Source: Squalus acanthias
Taxonomy: Eukaryota
Assembly: GCA_030390025.1 (NCBI GenBank)
Contig: CM059431.1
Span: 129,334,001 to 129,398,000 of the forward strand
Direction of reading: 5' to 3'
Length of the DNA stretch: 64,000 bases
Below the pieces are notes generated by a model, which saw nothing but the letters and a program-made list of their open reading frames with translations, was not told the origin of the DNA and made no database searches. The translations under genes and the position numbers were made by a program. Of this stretch, positions 62,927 through 64,000 are shown piece by piece; the stretch's first letter is position 1; every line of letters begins with the position of its first letter.

Positions 62927-63819
62927 GGGGTAGAAATTCGGTATCGCCCCGTTTGGGGCGCAATTATCGGCCGGGCGCAAAGATTAGCGCCTGGCTCTAA
63001 TTATCGCCACCGACTGCAAACTTGACTTTTATCGCCCCTGGAGGTGATTGCAGCGCTAAATCAGGCGCTTCACACCTGTCTTAAGGCGCAAAGGCCGAGG
63101 AGCGAGGCGCTACCTCAGAGCACTGGCGAAGCTCATGTAATGTCAGTCAGCAATGGAACACACACACAATGGCACGGGCCAGTTCTTAAAGGGGAGGGTT
63201 AATCTTGCTTTCCATCCACATCCTGCTCATTGCAGCCTTGAATCTCGGCCTGGAGAGACCTGCACATCAAATGTGCTGGAAAGAACAATGGAGAGTACCA
63301 GGCAAAGAGCTCAGAGTGCAGCCCCCACAGTCTCTGCTAAATCGATACAAGGAATGGCAAATCAAAATGAATCTGCAAAGTGCTGCTCAGTACCCAAAAC
63401 TCCTTCACACAGCGTTGAATCTCTCTAGAAGTCTCTCCCTCTCTCTCTCAGAATGCGTAGTTCAAAAATGGCACCAACAATAAAAGGCAGGAAGCGGTCA
63501 CCTTTAAATAGCGCTCCCCCTTTCCCTTCATAACTGCAGAACGCTCCCCTCAACCTGTTGTTGCTCGCGTCAGGCGGTAAGGCAGGGGGCGCCACTCAAT
63601 ATCCGCTCCGGGGCGATACCGGGGCGTTGCGCACTCGAGTGACGTCATGATCTGCCGGCGCAGGAGATCGTGGCGGTAGTGTTTAGCGCCGCCGCAAAAT
63701 GTCTAGTTAATTTCGCGAGCGGCGCAAACTTCGCCGCGGCTGGGCGCTAGATGCTTTGCGCCCCATTAGCGCCCTCTTAAGGCGCTAACGGGAGGCGCAA
63801 CCAACTGAATTTTTCCCCC
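62927..63819. mobile_element. Family A MITE (893 bp)
   Basis: TIRs GGGGTAGAAATTC / GAATTTTTCCCCC; TSD TAT on both sides. Confidence 0.93.
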
Positions 63820-64000
63820 TATGACTCTAAGAACATCAGAATGACCATCACTCAGAAAAGTTCTGTGACTGCTGCAAGGTGCATCAGAAAACATCTAATC
63901 ACTGCAGGCTTCTCTTCTATTTAACAGTCTAACTTTGTCAACACTGCCTTAACTCCTCTCCTTTACATTCAAATAAAAGACTAATCCTTCAATTCAGTAC

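Overview
Eukaryotic, repeat-dominated window with no recognisable host protein-coding gene. The repeat complement (CR1 with short-repeat tails, L2, a Deu-domain tRNA SINE, Penelope pLTRs, PIF/Harbinger) points to a cartilaginous fish; this is inference. The centrepiece is an apparently intact 4.18-kb two-gene PIF/Harbinger transposon (2078-6258, AAT TSD). It carries a 386-aa DDE transposase on the minus strand and a convergent three-exon, ~488-aa Myb/SANT partner gene on the plus strand, and is nested in a solo LTR that is itself nested in a CR1. Around it are a decayed two-gene relative, Myb-only elements, three copies of a 1.8-kb derivative, and MITEs down to 113 bp. Other highlights are a 1.27-kb Penelope fold-back palindrome with hammerhead-like motifs showing compensatory changes, and a 30-bp minisatellite with a 268-bp higher-order repeat that arose from an L2 3' end. 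Coordinates were read by eye and may be off by a few bases. Family labels A-F are my own.
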